Assembly: GCF_003790525.1 (NCBI RefSeq)
Contig: NZ_CP033635.1
Reading direction: 5' to 3' (one strand)
From: Escherichia coli
GTDB taxonomy: Bacteria; Pseudomonadota; Gammaproteobacteria; Enterobacterales; Enterobacteriaceae
DNA: 64,000 nucleotides
The notes beneath the pieces were generated by a model. It was not told the origin of the DNA and made no database searches. It saw only the letters and a program-made list of their open reading frames with translations. Of this stretch, positions 50,289 through 60,741 are shown one piece after another (position 1 is the stretch's first letter; each line of letters begins with the position of its first letter). Both the position numbers and the translations under genes were made by a program.

Positions 50289-52000
50289 TGAGCGAAAAAC
50301 ATCCAGGGCCTTTAGTGGTCGAAGGAAAACTGACAGACGCCGAGCGCATGAAGCTTGAAAGCAACTACCTGCGCGGCACCATTGCGGAAGATTTAAACGA
50401 CGGTCTGACCGGCGGCTTTAAGGGCGACAACTTCCTGCTGATCCGCTTCCACGGCATGTATCAGCAGGATGACCGCGACATCCGCGCCGAACGTGCTGAA
50501 CAGAAGCTGGAGCCGCGCCACGCGATGCTGTTGCGCTGCCGTCTGCCGGGTGGCGTGATCACCACCAAACAGTGGCAGGCGATCGATAAATTTGCCGGTG
50601 AAAACACCATCTATGGCAGCATTCGCCTGACCAACCGCCAGACGTTTCAGTTCCACGGCATTCTGAAAAAGAACGTCAAACCGGTGCACCAGATGCTGCA
50701 CTCGGTCGGTCTTGATGCGCTGGCGACTGCTAACGACATGAACCGTAACGTACTCTGCACCTCGAACCCTTACGAGTCGCAGCTACACGCGGAAGCGTAT
50801 GAATGGGCGAAGAAAATCTCTGAACATCTGCTGCCGCGTACCCGCGCGTATGCGGAGATCTGGCTCGATCAGGAAAAAGTCGCCACCACCGATGAAGAAC
50901 CGATCCTCGGTCAGACTTATTTGCCGCGTAAATTCAAAACCACGGTAGTGATCCCGCCGCAGAACGATATCGATCTGCATGCCAACGACATGAACTTCGT
51001 GGCAATCGCCGAAAACGGCAAGCTGGTGGGCTTTAACCTGCTGGTGGGGGGTGGGCTTTCTATCGAACACGGCAACAAGAAAACCTACGCCCGCACGGCG
51101 AGTGAGTTTGGCTATCTGCCGCTGGAGCATACGCTAGCGGTGGCGGAAGCCGTCGTGACAACTCAGCGTGACTGGGGTAACCGAACCGATCGTAAAAATG
51201 CCAAAACCAAATACACGCTGGAGCGCGTGGGGGTCGAGACGTTTAAAGCAGAAGTGGAACGTCGCGCGGGGATCAAGTTCGAACCGATCCGTCCGTATGA
51301 ATTTACCGGGCGCGGCGATCGTATCGGCTGGGTTAAGGGCATTGATGATAACTGGCACCTGACGCTGTTTATCGAAAATGGTCGCATCCTTGATTATCCG
51401 GGGCGTCCGCTGAAAACCGGCTTGTTGGAGATCGCGAAGATCCACAAAGGTGATTTCCGCATTACGGCGAACCAGAATCTGATCATCGCCGGCGTGCCGG
51501 AAAGCGAGAAAGCGAAGATCGAGAAGATCGCCAAAGAAAGCGGGTTAATGAATGCCGTCACGCCGCAGCGTGAAAACTCAATGGCCTGCGTGTCATTCCC
51601 GACTTGCCCGCTGGCGATGGCGGAAGCGGAGCGTTTCCTGCCGTCTTTTATCGACAAAATCGATAATTTAATGGCGAAACATGGTGTCAGCGATGAGCAT
51701 ATCGTGATGCGTGTAACAGGCTGCCCGAACGGTTGTGGTCGCGCGATGCTGGCGGAAGTGGGTCTGGTGGGGAAAGCGCCGGGTCGCTACAACCTGCATC
51801 TTGGCGGCAACCGCATTGGGACACGTATCCCACGGATGTATAAAGAAAACATCACCGAACCGGAAATCCTGGCGTCGCTTGATGAACTGATAGGGCGCTG
51901 GGCGAAAGAGCGCGAAGCGGGTGAAGGCTTCGGCGACTTTACGGTGCGTGCGGGCATCATTCGCCCGGTGCTCGATCCGGCGCGCGATTTGTGGGATTAA
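50288..52000 (+). CDS. cysI: sulfite reductase [NADPH] hemoprotein beta-component
   Basis: 570-aa siroheme/Fe-S sulfite reductase; ATGA overlap with cysJ. Confidence 0.95.
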   Translation: MSEKHPGPLVVEGKLTDAERMKLESNYLRGTIAEDLNDGLTGGFKGDNFLLIRFHGMYQQDDRDIRAERAEQKLEPRHAMLLRCRLPGGVITTKQWQAIDKFAGENTIYGSIRLTNRQTFQFHGILKKNVKPVHQMLHSVGLDALATANDMNRNVLCTSNPYESQLHAEAYEWAKKISEHLLPRTRAYAEIWLDQEKVATTDEEPILGQTYLPRKFKTTVVIPPQNDIDLHANDMNFVAIAENGKLVGFNLLVGGGLSIEHGNKKTYARTASEFGYLPLEHTLAVAEAVVTTQRDWGNRTDRKNAKTKYTLERVGVETFKAEVERRAGIKFEPIRPYEFTGRGDRIGWVKGIDDNWHLTLFIENGRILDYPGRPLKTGLLEIAKIHKGDFRITANQNLIIAGVPESEKAKIEKIAKESGLMNAVTPQRENSMACVSFPTCPLAMAEAERFLPSFIDKIDNLMAKHGVSDEHIVMRVTGCPNGCGRAMLAEVGLVGKAPGRYNLHLGGNRIGTRIPRMYKENITEPEILASLDELIGRWAKEREAGEGFGDFTVRAGIIRPVLDPARDLWD

Positions 52001-52002
52001 CC

Positions 52003-52058
52003 ATCAGCCCGGTCTTGAAGGCCTGATAAGACGCGTGAGCGTCGCATCAGGCAAGGCA
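52003..52058. repeat. REP element
   Basis: gcctgataagacgcgtgagcgtcgcatcaggc between cysI and cysH. Confidence 0.7.
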
Positions 52059-52073
52059 AACAGTGAGGAATCT

Positions 52074-52808
52074 ATGTCCAAACTCGATCTAAACGCCCTG
52101 AACGAACTGCCGAAGGTAGATCGCATTCTGGCGCTGGCGGAAACTAACGCCGAACTGGAAAAACTGGACGCTGAAGGCCGCGTTGCCTGGGCGCTGGATA
52201 ATCTGCCCGGTGAATATGTACTTTCTTCCAGCTTTGGCATTCAGGCGGCGGTGAGCCTGCATCTGGTGAATCAGATTCACCCGGATATTCCAGTGATCCT
52301 CACCGATACCGGTTATCTGTTCCCGGAAACCTACCGCTTTATTGACGAGTTAACGGACAAACTCAAACTCAACCTGAAAGTGTACCGTGCTACCGAAAGC
52401 GCTGCCTGGCAGGAAGCGCGCTACGGCAAACTGTGGGAACAGGGCGTTGAAGGTATTGAAAAGTACAACGATATCAACAAAGTCGAACCGATGAACCGGG
52501 CGCTAAAAGAACTGAACGCGCAAACCTGGTTTGCCGGCCTGCGCCGTGAACAATCCGGCAGTCGTGCCAATTTACCGGTGCTGGCAATTCAGCGTGGCGT
52601 ATTTAAAGTGCTGCCGATTATCGACTGGGATAACCGAACTATTTATCAGTACCTGCAAAAACATGGCCTGAAATATCACCCATTATGGGATGAAGGATAT
52701 TTATCGGTCGGTGATACCCATACAACCCGTAAATGGGAACCCGGCATGGCGGAAGAAGAAACGCGTTTCTTTGGCTTAAAAAGAGAATGTGGGTTACACG
52801 AAGGGTAA
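52074..52808 (+). CDS. cysH: phosphoadenosine phosphosulfate (PAPS) reductase
   Basis: 244 aa from [14 protein letters not shown]; GAGGA RBS; track start 51921 reads through the REP. Confidence 0.95.
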   Translation: MSKLDLNALNELPKVDRILALAETNAELEKLDAEGRVAWALDNLPGEYVLSSSFGIQAAVSLHLVNQIHPDIPVILTDTGYLFPETYRFIDELTDKLKLNLKVYRATESAAWQEARYGKLWEQGVEGIEKYNDINKVEPMNRALKELNAQTWFAGLRREQSGSRANLPVLAIQRGVFKVLPIIDWDNRTIYQYLQKHGLKYHPLWDEGYLSVGDTHTTRKWEPGMAEEETRFFGLKRECGLHEG

Positions 52809-52826
52809 ATATTGCCGGATAAATTA

Positions 52827-52864
52827 AACGCCTCTGTCAGAAATGATGGGGGCGTTTTTATTTT
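52827..52864 (+). terminator. putative cysH terminator
   Basis: aaacgcc...ggcgttt stem followed by tttttatttt. Confidence 0.4.
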
Positions 52865-53072
52865 GCGAGCAGCATTCCTGATTTTAAACGTGAACGTCGT
52901 TGGAAGAATTAACAGGTATAGAATGGCGTTGGGTGCTTGAGGCTGTCTGGCGTTAAGCATTCGCGAGGTTCCAGATGGACAAAAGCCCCAGGCGATATTT
53001 CTATCAACCTGAGGCCAGCGTTCGAACCCAAACAATTCGAATGTTAGTCTCTTCTTTGCAGGGAGGCAAGAC

Positions 53073-53225
53073 ATGCTGACAAAATATGCCCTTGTGGCAA
53101 TCATAGTGCTGTGTTTTACAGTACTGGGATTCACGCTGATGGTAGGCGACTCGTTGTGTGAGTTGAGTATCAGAGAACGTGGTATGGAGTTTAAGGCGGT
53201 TCTCGCTTACGAATCGAAGAAGTAG
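53073..53225 (+). CDS. Hok/Gef-family type I toxin (HokE-like small membrane peptide)
   Basis: 50-aa [53 protein letters not shown]; single TM helix, conserved Cys and C-terminal AYES motif; GGGAGG RBS; not in the supplied ORF track (below length cut-off). Confidence 0.8.
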   Translation: MLTKYALVAIIVLCFTVLGFTLMVGDSLCELSIRERGMEFKAVLAYESKK

Positions 53226-53246
53226 CCACCACGCGGGGGTAAAACC

Positions 53247-54585
53247 CATAAGCGCTAACTTAAGGGTTGTGGTATTACGCCTGATATGATTTAACGTGCC
53301 GATGAATTACTCTCACGATAACTGGTCAGCAATTCTGGCCCATATTGGTAAGCCCGAAGAACTGGATACTTCGGCACGTAATGCCGGGGCTCTAACCCGC
53401 CGCCGCGAAATTCGTGATGCTGCAACTCTGCTACGTCTGGGGCTGGCTTACGGCCCCGGGGGGATGTCATTACGTGAAGTCACTGCATGGGCTCAGCTCC
53501 ATGACGTTGCAACATTATCTGACGTGGCTCTCCTGAAGCGGCTGCGGAATGCCGCCGACTGGTTTGGCATACTTGCCGCACAAACACTTGCTGTACGCGC
53601 CGCAGTTACGGGTTGTACAAGCGGAAAGAGATTGCGTCTTGTCGATGGAACAGCAATCAGTGCGCCCGGGGGCGGCAGCGCTGAATGGCGACTACATATG
53701 GGATATGATCCTCATACCTGTCAGTTCACTGATTTTGAGCTAACCGACAGCAGAGACGCTGAACGGCTGGACCGATTTGCGCAAACGGCAGACGAGATAC
53801 GCATTGCTGACCGGGGATTCGGTTCGCGTCCCGAATGTATCCGCTCACTTGCTTTTGGAGAAGCTGATTATATCGTCCGGGTTCACTGGCGAGGATTGCG
53901 CTGGTTAACTGCAGAAGGAATGCGCTTTGACATGATGGGTTTTCTGCGCGGGCTGGATTGCGGTAAGAACGGTGAAACCACTGTAATGATAGGCAATTCA
54001 GGTAATAAAAAAGCCGGAGCTCCCTTTCCGGCACGTCTCATTGCCGTATCACTTCCTCCCGAAAAAGCATTAATCAGTAAAACCCGACTGCTCAGCGAGA
54101 ATCGTCGAAAAGGACGAGTAGTTCAGGCGGAAACGCTGGAAGCAGCGGGCCATGTGCTATTGCTAACATCATTACCGGAAGATGAATATTCAGCAGAGCA
54201 AGTGGCTGATTGTTACCGTCTGCGATGGCAAATTGAACTGGCTTTTAAGCGGCTCAAAAGTTTGCTGCACCTGGATGCTTTGCGTGCAAAGGAACCTGAA
54301 CTCGCGAAAGCGTGGATATTTGCTAATCTACTCGCCGCATTTTTAATTGACGACATAATCCAGCCATCGCTGGATTTCCCCCCCAGAAGTGCCGGATCCG
54401 AAAAGAAGAACTAACTCGTTGTGGAGAATAACAAAAATGGTCATCTGGAGCTTACAGGTGGCCATTCGTGGGACAGTATCCCTGACAGCCTACAAAACGC
54501 AATTGAAGAACGCGAGGCATCGTCTTAACGAGGCACCGAGGCGTCGCATTCTTCAGATGGTTCAACCCTTAAGTTAGCGCTTATG
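53247..54585 (+). mobile_element. IS186 insertion sequence
   Basis: 1339 bp; perfect 23-bp terminal IRs (cataagcgctaacttaagggttg); flanking about 11-bp direct repeat gggtaaaaccc within a GGGG-N6-CCCC palindrome. Confidence 0.9.
53302..54414 (+). CDS. insL: IS186 transposase (IS4 family)
   Basis: about 370 aa from MNYSHDNWSAILAHIGKPEEL, recognisable as the IS186 transposase. Confidence 0.9.
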   Translation: MNYSHDNWSAILAHIGKPEELDTSARNAGALTRRREIRDAATLLRLGLAYGPGGMSLREVTAWAQLHDVATLSDVALLKRLRNAADWFGILAAQTLAVRAAVTGCTSGKRLRLVDGTAISAPGGGSAEWRLHMGYDPHTCQFTDFELTDSRDAERLDRFAQTADEIRIADRGFGSRPECIRSLAFGEADYIVRVHWRGLRWLTAEGMRFDMMGFLRGLDCGKNGETTVMIGNSGNKKAGAPFPARLIAVSLPPEKALISKTRLLSENRRKGRVVQAETLEAAGHVLLLTSLPEDEYSAEQVADCYRLRWQIELAFKRLKSLLHLDALRAKEPELAKAWIFANLLAAFLIDDIIQPSLDFPPRSAGSEKKN

Positions 54586-54768
54586 GGGTAAAACCCCGCG
54601 TACTGAATTGTGATGGTTTGGTCTCCTGCACCCTTTTTTAATTTATATTGTTTATGTGAATATTATGCCTATGTTTATTATTCATATATATTACGGATGA
54701 AAATTATTTGATTATTCATAATGTAAATATTTTATTGAACGATATATATCACAGATAATTTTTAATAT

Positions 54769-57468
54769 ATGCGTAAATATCCTTTAAGTTTACTGAAGGA
54801 TAAAAATATTGTGACTTTTTTTGATTTCTGGGGAAAAACCCGACGCGGCGAGAAAGACGGGGGCGACGACTATCACCTTCTTTGCTGGCATTCGCTGGAT
54901 GTAGCCGCGATGGGCTATTTAATGGTTAAAAGCAATTGCTTCGGACTGGCTGACTATTTTCGTCAATTAGGTTTCGCTGACACGGAGCAGGCAGCACAAT
55001 TTTTCGCCTGGCTGCTGTGCTGGCACGATATTGGAAAATTTGCCCGCTCTTTTCAGCAACTTTACCTGCACCCACAACTCAAGGTCCCGGAAGGCGCAAG
55101 AAAGAATTACGAAAAGATCTCTCATTCAACGCTGGGCTACTGGTTGTGGAACCATTATTTAAGTGAATGTCAGGAGTTGCTTCCTTCATCTTCACTCTCT
55201 CCGCGCAAACTTAAACGGGTGATGGAGATGTGGATGCCCATGACTACCGGGCATCATGGTCGACCCCCTGAGCGTATGGATGAACTGGATAATTTTCTGC
55301 CTGAAGACAAAGGTGCCGCACGAGATTTTCTCCTTGCAATCAAGGTACTGTTTCCGCTCATAGAGATCCCCACATTCTGGGATGATGACGAGGGCGTTGA
55401 ACTTATAAAACAACTTTCCTGGTATATCTCTGCAACCGTCGTACTTGCAGACTGGACGGGATCGTCAACGCGATATTTTCCACGCGTCGCACAGACAATG
55501 GATATTGAAGATTACTGGCAGAAAACTTTAGTTCAGGCTCAAAACGCCTTAACCGTCTTTCCTCCAAAAGCAGAAAGCGCGCCTTTCACCGGAATTAATA
55601 CGCTGTTTCCTTTTATTGAGAATCCGACACCGCTACAGCAAAAGGTGCTGGATCTGGATATCAGCCAGCCGGGACCACAGTTATTTATTCTGGAGGATGT
55701 AACCGGCGCAGGTAAAACAGAAGCGGCGCTTATCCTGGCGCACAGGTTGATGGCTGCGGGGAAAGCGCAGGGTTTGTTTTTTGGCCTGCCAACAATGGCA
55801 ACGGCCAATGCCATGTACGATCGACTGGTCAAAACCTGGCTTGCTTTCTATTCGCCAGAGTCCCGCCCCAGCCTGGTGCTGGCACACAGTGCCCGAACAT
55901 TAATGGACCGCTTTAATGAATCACTCTGGTCCGGTGATTTAGTCGGGTCAGAAGAACCGGATGAACAAACGTTCAGTCAGGGATGTGCGGCCTGGTTTGC
56001 CGACAGTAACAAGAAGGCGCTACTGGCTGAAATTGGCGTCGGCACGCTGGATCAGGCGATGATGGCTGTGATGCCGTTCAAACATAATAATCTGCGGCTT
56101 CTGGGACTGAGTAACAAAATCCTGCTGGCTGATGAGATCCATGCCTGTGACGCTTACATGTCATGCATTCTTGAAGGGCTGATCGAGCGGCAGGCGCGTG
56201 GCGGAAACAGCGTCATTTTGCTTTCTGCCACGTTATCTCAACAGCAGCGCGACAAACTCGTTGCTGCCTTTGCGCGTGGTATAGAGGGCCAGCAAGAAGC
56301 TCCGTTCCTGGAAAAGGATGATTACCCCTGGCTGACGCACGTTACGAAATCCGATGTGCATTCACACCGGGTAGCGACGCGCAAAGACGTTGAGCGCAGC
56401 GTGAGTGTGGGTTGGCTTCATAGCGAACAAGAGTGTATTGCGCGTATCGCATCGGCGGTAAGTCAGGGGAAATGTATCGCCTGGATCCGAAATTCTGTCG
56501 ATGACGCCATCCAGGTTCATCGTCAGTTACTTGCCCGCGGCGTCATTCCTGCTTCCAGCCTTTCACTTTTTCATAGCCGCTTTGCTTTTAGCGATCGCCA
56601 GCGAATTGAAACGGAGACGCTGGCACGCTTTGGTAAAGAAGACTGTTCACAGCGTGCCGGAAAAGTCCTCATTTGTACTCAAGTCCTGGAGCAGAGCGTT
56701 GACTGCGACCTGGACGAAATGATTTCCGACCTTGCCCCTGTTGATTTACTGATCCAGCGAGCAGGGCGATTACAGCGACATATCCGCGATATGAATGGCC
56801 AGTTAAAGCGTGACGGTAAAGACGAGCGTCACCCTCCTGAATTGCTGATTCTGGCCCCCGTCTGGGACGACTCTCCGGGTGACGAATGGTTTGGCAGTGC
56901 CATGCGTAACAGTGCATTTGTCTATCCCGATCATGGGCGAATCTGGCTGACGCAGCGTGTGCTGCGTGAGCAAGGTGCTATTCAGATGCCACACTCAGCC
57001 CGGCTTCTGATTGAATCAGTCTACGGTGAGGACGTAGTAATGCCGGAAGGGTTTGCCCGCAGCGAGCAGGAGCAAGTGGGCAAATATTACTGCGATCGCG
57101 CAATGGCTAAAAAGTTTGTACTGAACTTCAGGCCCGGCTATGCCGCCAATATCAACGATTACCTCCCGGAAAAACTGTCGACACGTCTGGCTGAAGAGTC
57201 TGTTTCCCTGTGGCTGGCTACCTGTATTGACGGTGTGGTGAAGCCTTATGCCACAGGTGCACACGCATGGGAAATGAGCGTTGTCAGAGTGCGCCGAAGC
57301 TGGTGGAAAAAACATCGGGATGAGTTTTCTTTACTGGAAGGGGATGCGTTCAGGCAGTGGTGCGTTGAACAGCGGCATGATCCGGAGATGGCAAACGTGA
57401 TTTTAGTCACCGATGACGAAAGTTGTGGGTATTCGGCTACGGAGGGATTGATTGGCAAGGTTGGTTGA
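54769..57468 (+). CDS. cas3: Cas3 nuclease-helicase (type I-E)
   Basis: 899 aa; N-terminal HD motif (HSLDVAAM), Walker A (TGAGKTEAAL), DExH (DEIHA); heads the cas operon. Confidence 0.9.
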   Translation: MRKYPLSLLKDKNIVTFFDFWGKTRRGEKDGGDDYHLLCWHSLDVAAMGYLMVKSNCFGLADYFRQLGFADTEQAAQFFAWLLCWHDIGKFARSFQQLYLHPQLKVPEGARKNYEKISHSTLGYWLWNHYLSECQELLPSSSLSPRKLKRVMEMWMPMTTGHHGRPPERMDELDNFLPEDKGAARDFLLAIKVLFPLIEIPTFWDDDEGVELIKQLSWYISATVVLADWTGSSTRYFPRVAQTMDIEDYWQKTLVQAQNALTVFPPKAESAPFTGINTLFPFIENPTPLQQKVLDLDISQPGPQLFILEDVTGAGKTEAALILAHRLMAAGKAQGLFFGLPTMATANAMYDRLVKTWLAFYSPESRPSLVLAHSARTLMDRFNESLWSGDLVGSEEPDEQTFSQGCAAWFADSNKKALLAEIGVGTLDQAMMAVMPFKHNNLRLLGLSNKILLADEIHACDAYMSCILEGLIERQARGGNSVILLSATLSQQQRDKLVAAFARGIEGQQEAPFLEKDDYPWLTHVTKSDVHSHRVATRKDVERSVSVGWLHSEQECIARIASAVSQGKCIAWIRNSVDDAIQVHRQLLARGVIPASSLSLFHSRFAFSDRQRIETETLARFGKEDCSQRAGKVLICTQVLEQSVDCDLDEMISDLAPVDLLIQRAGRLQRHIRDMNGQLKRDGKDERHPPELLILAPVWDDSPGDEWFGSAMRNSAFVYPDHGRIWLTQRVLREQGAIQMPHSARLLIESVYGEDVVMPEGFARSEQEQVGKYYCDRAMAKKFVLNFRPGYAANINDYLPEKLSTRLAEESVSLWLATCIDGVVKPYATGAHAWEMSVVRVRRSWWKKHRDEFSLLEGDAFRQWCVEQRHDPEMANVILVTDDESCGYSATEGLIGKVG

Positions 57469-57565
57469 GATGTCTGCGACAGGATTCTCTGAATAGTTGA
57501 TACACAAAAAAGGATGGAAGGATGGACAACCGACCAGGGATGGTCTTTTTTACGAGAGGATGCGT

Positions 57566-59128
57566 ATGAACTCGTTTTCACTTCTGACAACCCCGTGGTT
57601 GCCTGTTCGTTTCAAAGACGGAACGACAGGCAAGCTGGCACCAGTCGATCTGGCTGATGAAAATGTTGTCGATATCGCCGCACCGCGAGCAGATTTACAA
57701 GGTGCGGCCTGGCAGTTTTTGCTGGGACTACTACAAACCAGCTTCGCGCCAAAAGATCATCGTCGTTGGGATGATATCTGGGAAGACGGACTGGAAGCTG
57801 AAAAGCTACGAGAAGCATTGCTGTCTTTAGAACATGCTTTCCAGTTTGGGCCTGATTCATCTTCATTTATGCAGGATTTTGAGGCGCTCACGGGAGATAA
57901 AGTTCCGGTCGCTTCGCTACTGCCTGAGATTCCCGGCTCTCAAACGACGAAGTTTAATAAAGACCATTTTATCAAGCGGGGTGTAACGGAATATCTGTGC
58001 CCCCATTGCTTAGCATTGGCCTTGTTCTCTTTACAGTTGAATGCACCCGCGGGCGGCAAAGGCTATCGCACCGGTTTACGAGGCGGTGGGCCGATGACGA
58101 CTCTCATTGAATTACAGGAATATCAGGGCAATCAACAAACACCCTTGTGGCGCAAACTGTGGCTCAACGTGATGCCGCAGGATGAAGCCGACTTACCGCT
58201 ACCCAAAAAATTTGACGATCTGATTTTCCCCTGGCTAGGCCCGACGCGTACCAGCGAACTGGTCGGTGCGGTGGTAACCCATGATCAGGTCAATAAACTC
58301 CAGGCGTACTGGGGAATGCCGCGGCGTATACGTATTGATTTTAATACCACGACAGTCGGCAACTGCGATATTTGCGACGAGCAGAACGACGCGCTCCTGA
58401 GCCTGATGACGACCAAAAATTATGGTGCCAATTATGCCATGTGGCAGCATCCCTTAACGCCTTACCGTGTACCACTTAAAGAGGGTGGCGAGTTTTACTC
58501 CGTTAAACCACAACCGGGCGGTTTAATCTGGCGCGACTGGTTAGGCCTTATCGAAACGGGTAAATCAGAAAACAATACGGAACTTCCCGCGTTGGTGGTG
58601 AAACTCTTTAATGCCAGCAGTCTGAAACAGGCAAAAGTGGGCCTATGGGGATTTGGTTATGATTTTGACAACATGAAAGCGCGCTGTTGGTACGAACACC
58701 ATTTCCCGCTACTGCTCAATAAAAAAGAAGGCCAGATACCGAAGCTGCGGCTGGCTGCGCAAACGGCTTCACGGATTCTGAGTCTGTTACGGAGTGCATT
58801 GAAAGAAGCATGGTTCTCCGATCCAAAAGGTGCAAGGGGTGATTTCAGTTTTGTGGATATCGACTTCTGGAACAAAACTCAGCATCGCTTCCTGAGGTTA
58901 GTGCGCCAAATTGAAGAAGGTCAGGATGCGGATGAATTACTCGGCAAATGGCAAAAGGAAATGTGGTTATTCGCGCGTCAGGATTTTGACGAGCGTGTAT
59001 TCACTAATCCTTATGAGCCCGTTGATTTGAAACGCGTCATGACCGCGCGCAAGAAATATTTTACAACATCGGCGGAGAAGCAAAGTGCTAAAGCCGCCAG
59101 GGAGAAAAAGCAGGAGGCTGCTGAATGA
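57566..59128 (+). CDS. casA: Cascade large subunit Cse1/CasA (Cas8e)
   Basis: about 520 aa from MNSFSLLTTPWLPVR with AGGA RBS; track start 57497 likely an extension; position after cas3. Confidence 0.8.
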   Translation: MNSFSLLTTPWLPVRFKDGTTGKLAPVDLADENVVDIAAPRADLQGAAWQFLLGLLQTSFAPKDHRRWDDIWEDGLEAEKLREALLSLEHAFQFGPDSSSFMQDFEALTGDKVPVASLLPEIPGSQTTKFNKDHFIKRGVTEYLCPHCLALALFSLQLNAPAGGKGYRTGLRGGGPMTTLIELQEYQGNQQTPLWRKLWLNVMPQDEADLPLPKKFDDLIFPWLGPTRTSELVGAVVTHDQVNKLQAYWGMPRRIRIDFNTTTVGNCDICDEQNDALLSLMTTKNYGANYAMWQHPLTPYRVPLKEGGEFYSVKPQPGGLIWRDWLGLIETGKSENNTELPALVVKLFNASSLKQAKVGLWGFGYDFDNMKARCWYEHHFPLLLNKKEGQIPKLRLAAQTASRILSLLRSALKEAWFSDPKGARGDFSFVDIDFWNKTQHRFLRLVRQIEEGQDADELLGKWQKEMWLFARQDFDERVFTNPYEPVDLKRVMTARKKYFTTSAEKQSAKAAREKKQEAAE

Positions 59129-59661
59129 GTATTGTAAAAGAGGAGCACAAAGCCACGCTGCGTAAATGGCACGAAGAGTTGCAGGAAAAACGCGGCAATC
59201 GTGCCAGTCTGCGGCGTAGCACAACGGTTAATGATGTTTGTCTGTCAGAAGGTTTTCGTTCTCTGCTGATGCAGACCCACACGTTGTGGAAAATTGAATC
59301 ACAGGAGTGGCGTTTTACCGCACTGGCGCTGGTTGCCGCCGTTGCCGCCAATGTAAAAGCCATTGATGAACGGCAGCCTTTTGCCGCGCAGTTGGCGGCG
59401 GTAATGTCTGAGGGGCGTTTTACTCGCCTGTCGGCAATCAAAACGCCGGATGATTTACTGCGCCAGTTACGTCGCGCGGTCAAATTATTAAACGGTTCCG
59501 TCAATCTTATCTCTTTGGCAGACGATATTTTCCGCTGGTGCCAGGAGAGTGACGACCTGCTCAACCATCACCGCCGTCAGCAGCGGCCAACAGAATTTAT
59601 CCGTATCCGCTGGGCGCTGGAATATTACCAGGCTGGCGACGCCGATAACGAACAAAATTAA
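59125..59661 (+). CDS. casB: Cascade small subunit Cse2/CasB
   Basis: 178 aa; ATGA overlap with casA stop; operon position. Confidence 0.8.
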   Translation: MSIVKEEHKATLRKWHEELQEKRGNRASLRRSTTVNDVCLSEGFRSLLMQTHTLWKIESQEWRFTALALVAAVAANVKAIDERQPFAAQLAAVMSEGRFTRLSAIKTPDDLLRQLRRAVKLLNGSVNLISLADDIFRWCQESDDLLNHHRRQQRPTEFIRIRWALEYYQAGDADNEQN

Positions 59662-59675
59662 TAAAGGACTATCTC

Positions 59676-60731
59676 ATGACGACATTTATTCAGCTTCATT
59701 TGTTAACCGCTTACCCTGCAGCCAACCTTAACCGTGATGACACCGGTGCGCCGAAAACCGTGGTGCTGGGTGGAGCAACGCGTCTGCGCGTTTCCTCGCA
59801 AAGTCTGAAACGTGCGTGGCGCACTTCTGCACTTTTTGAACAGGCGCTGGCGGGCCATATTGGTATTCGTAGTGGGCGTATCGCGCGCGAGGCAGCAACT
59901 ATCATGATAGAGAAAGGAATCGAAGAAAAAAAAGCCATCGAATGGGCGGCAGATATTGCCGATTATCTTGGTAAAGCCAAAAAAGACAAAAAACCAAAAG
60001 ATCCGCTCACTAACGCTGAAACTGAACAGCTCGTCCATATCAGCCCGGCAGAATTTGACGCCGTAAAAGCGCTGGCCCATCAACTGGCAGAAGAAAAGCG
60101 CGCGCCAAAAGAGGACGATCTCGCTTTGTTACGTAAAGATCGTATGGCGGTAGATATCGCCATGTTTGGTCGTATGCTGGCGAATAAACCCGAGTTTAAT
60201 GTTGAAGCCGCCTGTCAGGTCGCGCACGCGTTTGGTGTCAGTGAAACGATTGTCGAAGATGATTTTTTCACCGCCGTTGATGATTTGCGCCAGGCCTCTG
60301 AAGATGCTGGTGCAGGGCATCTTGGTGAAACTGGATTTGGTTCTGCGCTGTTCTACACCTATATCTGCATTGATAAAGATCTGCTGGTCGAAAACCTCGG
60401 CGGTGACGAAGCATTAGCTAATCAGACCCTGCGCGCCTTTACGGAAGCAGCGTTTAAAGTTTCCCCAACCGGTAAACAAAACAGCTTTGCCAGCCGTGCC
60501 TACGCCTCCTGGGCGCTGGCAGAAAAAGGCACCGAACAACCGCGTTCTCTGGCGGCGGCTTTCTATGAACCCATTAATGGCACACGTCAGTTAGATGTGG
60601 CGGTGCAGCGTATTACAACGCTTCGCGAAAACATGAATACGGTTTACGAACAGAAGACCGAATGCGCAAGTTTTGACGTGATGAACAAACAGGGAAGCAT
60701 GAAGGACGTGCTGGACTTTATCTGCGCGTAA
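59676..60731 (+). CDS. casC: Cascade backbone subunit Cas7/CasC
   Basis: 351 aa; operon position. Confidence 0.85.
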   Translation: MTTFIQLHLLTAYPAANLNRDDTGAPKTVVLGGATRLRVSSQSLKRAWRTSALFEQALAGHIGIRSGRIAREAATIMIEKGIEEKKAIEWAADIADYLGKAKKDKKPKDPLTNAETEQLVHISPAEFDAVKALAHQLAEEKRAPKEDDLALLRKDRMAVDIAMFGRMLANKPEFNVEAACQVAHAFGVSETIVEDDFFTAVDDLRQASEDAGAGHLGETGFGSALFYTYICIDKDLLVENLGGDEALANQTLRAFTEAAFKVSPTGKQNSFASRAYASWALAEKGTEQPRSLAAAFYEPINGTRQLDVAVQRITTLRENMNTVYEQKTECASFDVMNKQGSMKDVLDFICA

Positions 60732-60741
60732 GGGGCGGCTT

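Noticed and set aside
51921-52073. N-terminal extension of cysH in the ORF track
   Set aside because: The extension reads through a REP element; the ATG at 52074 with RBS gives the canonical 244-aa protein
57497-57565. N-terminal extension of casA
   Set aside because: AGGA RBS precedes the ATG at 57566 (MNSF...); an in-frame ATG at 57560 is an alternative, so the exact start is uncertain by a few codons
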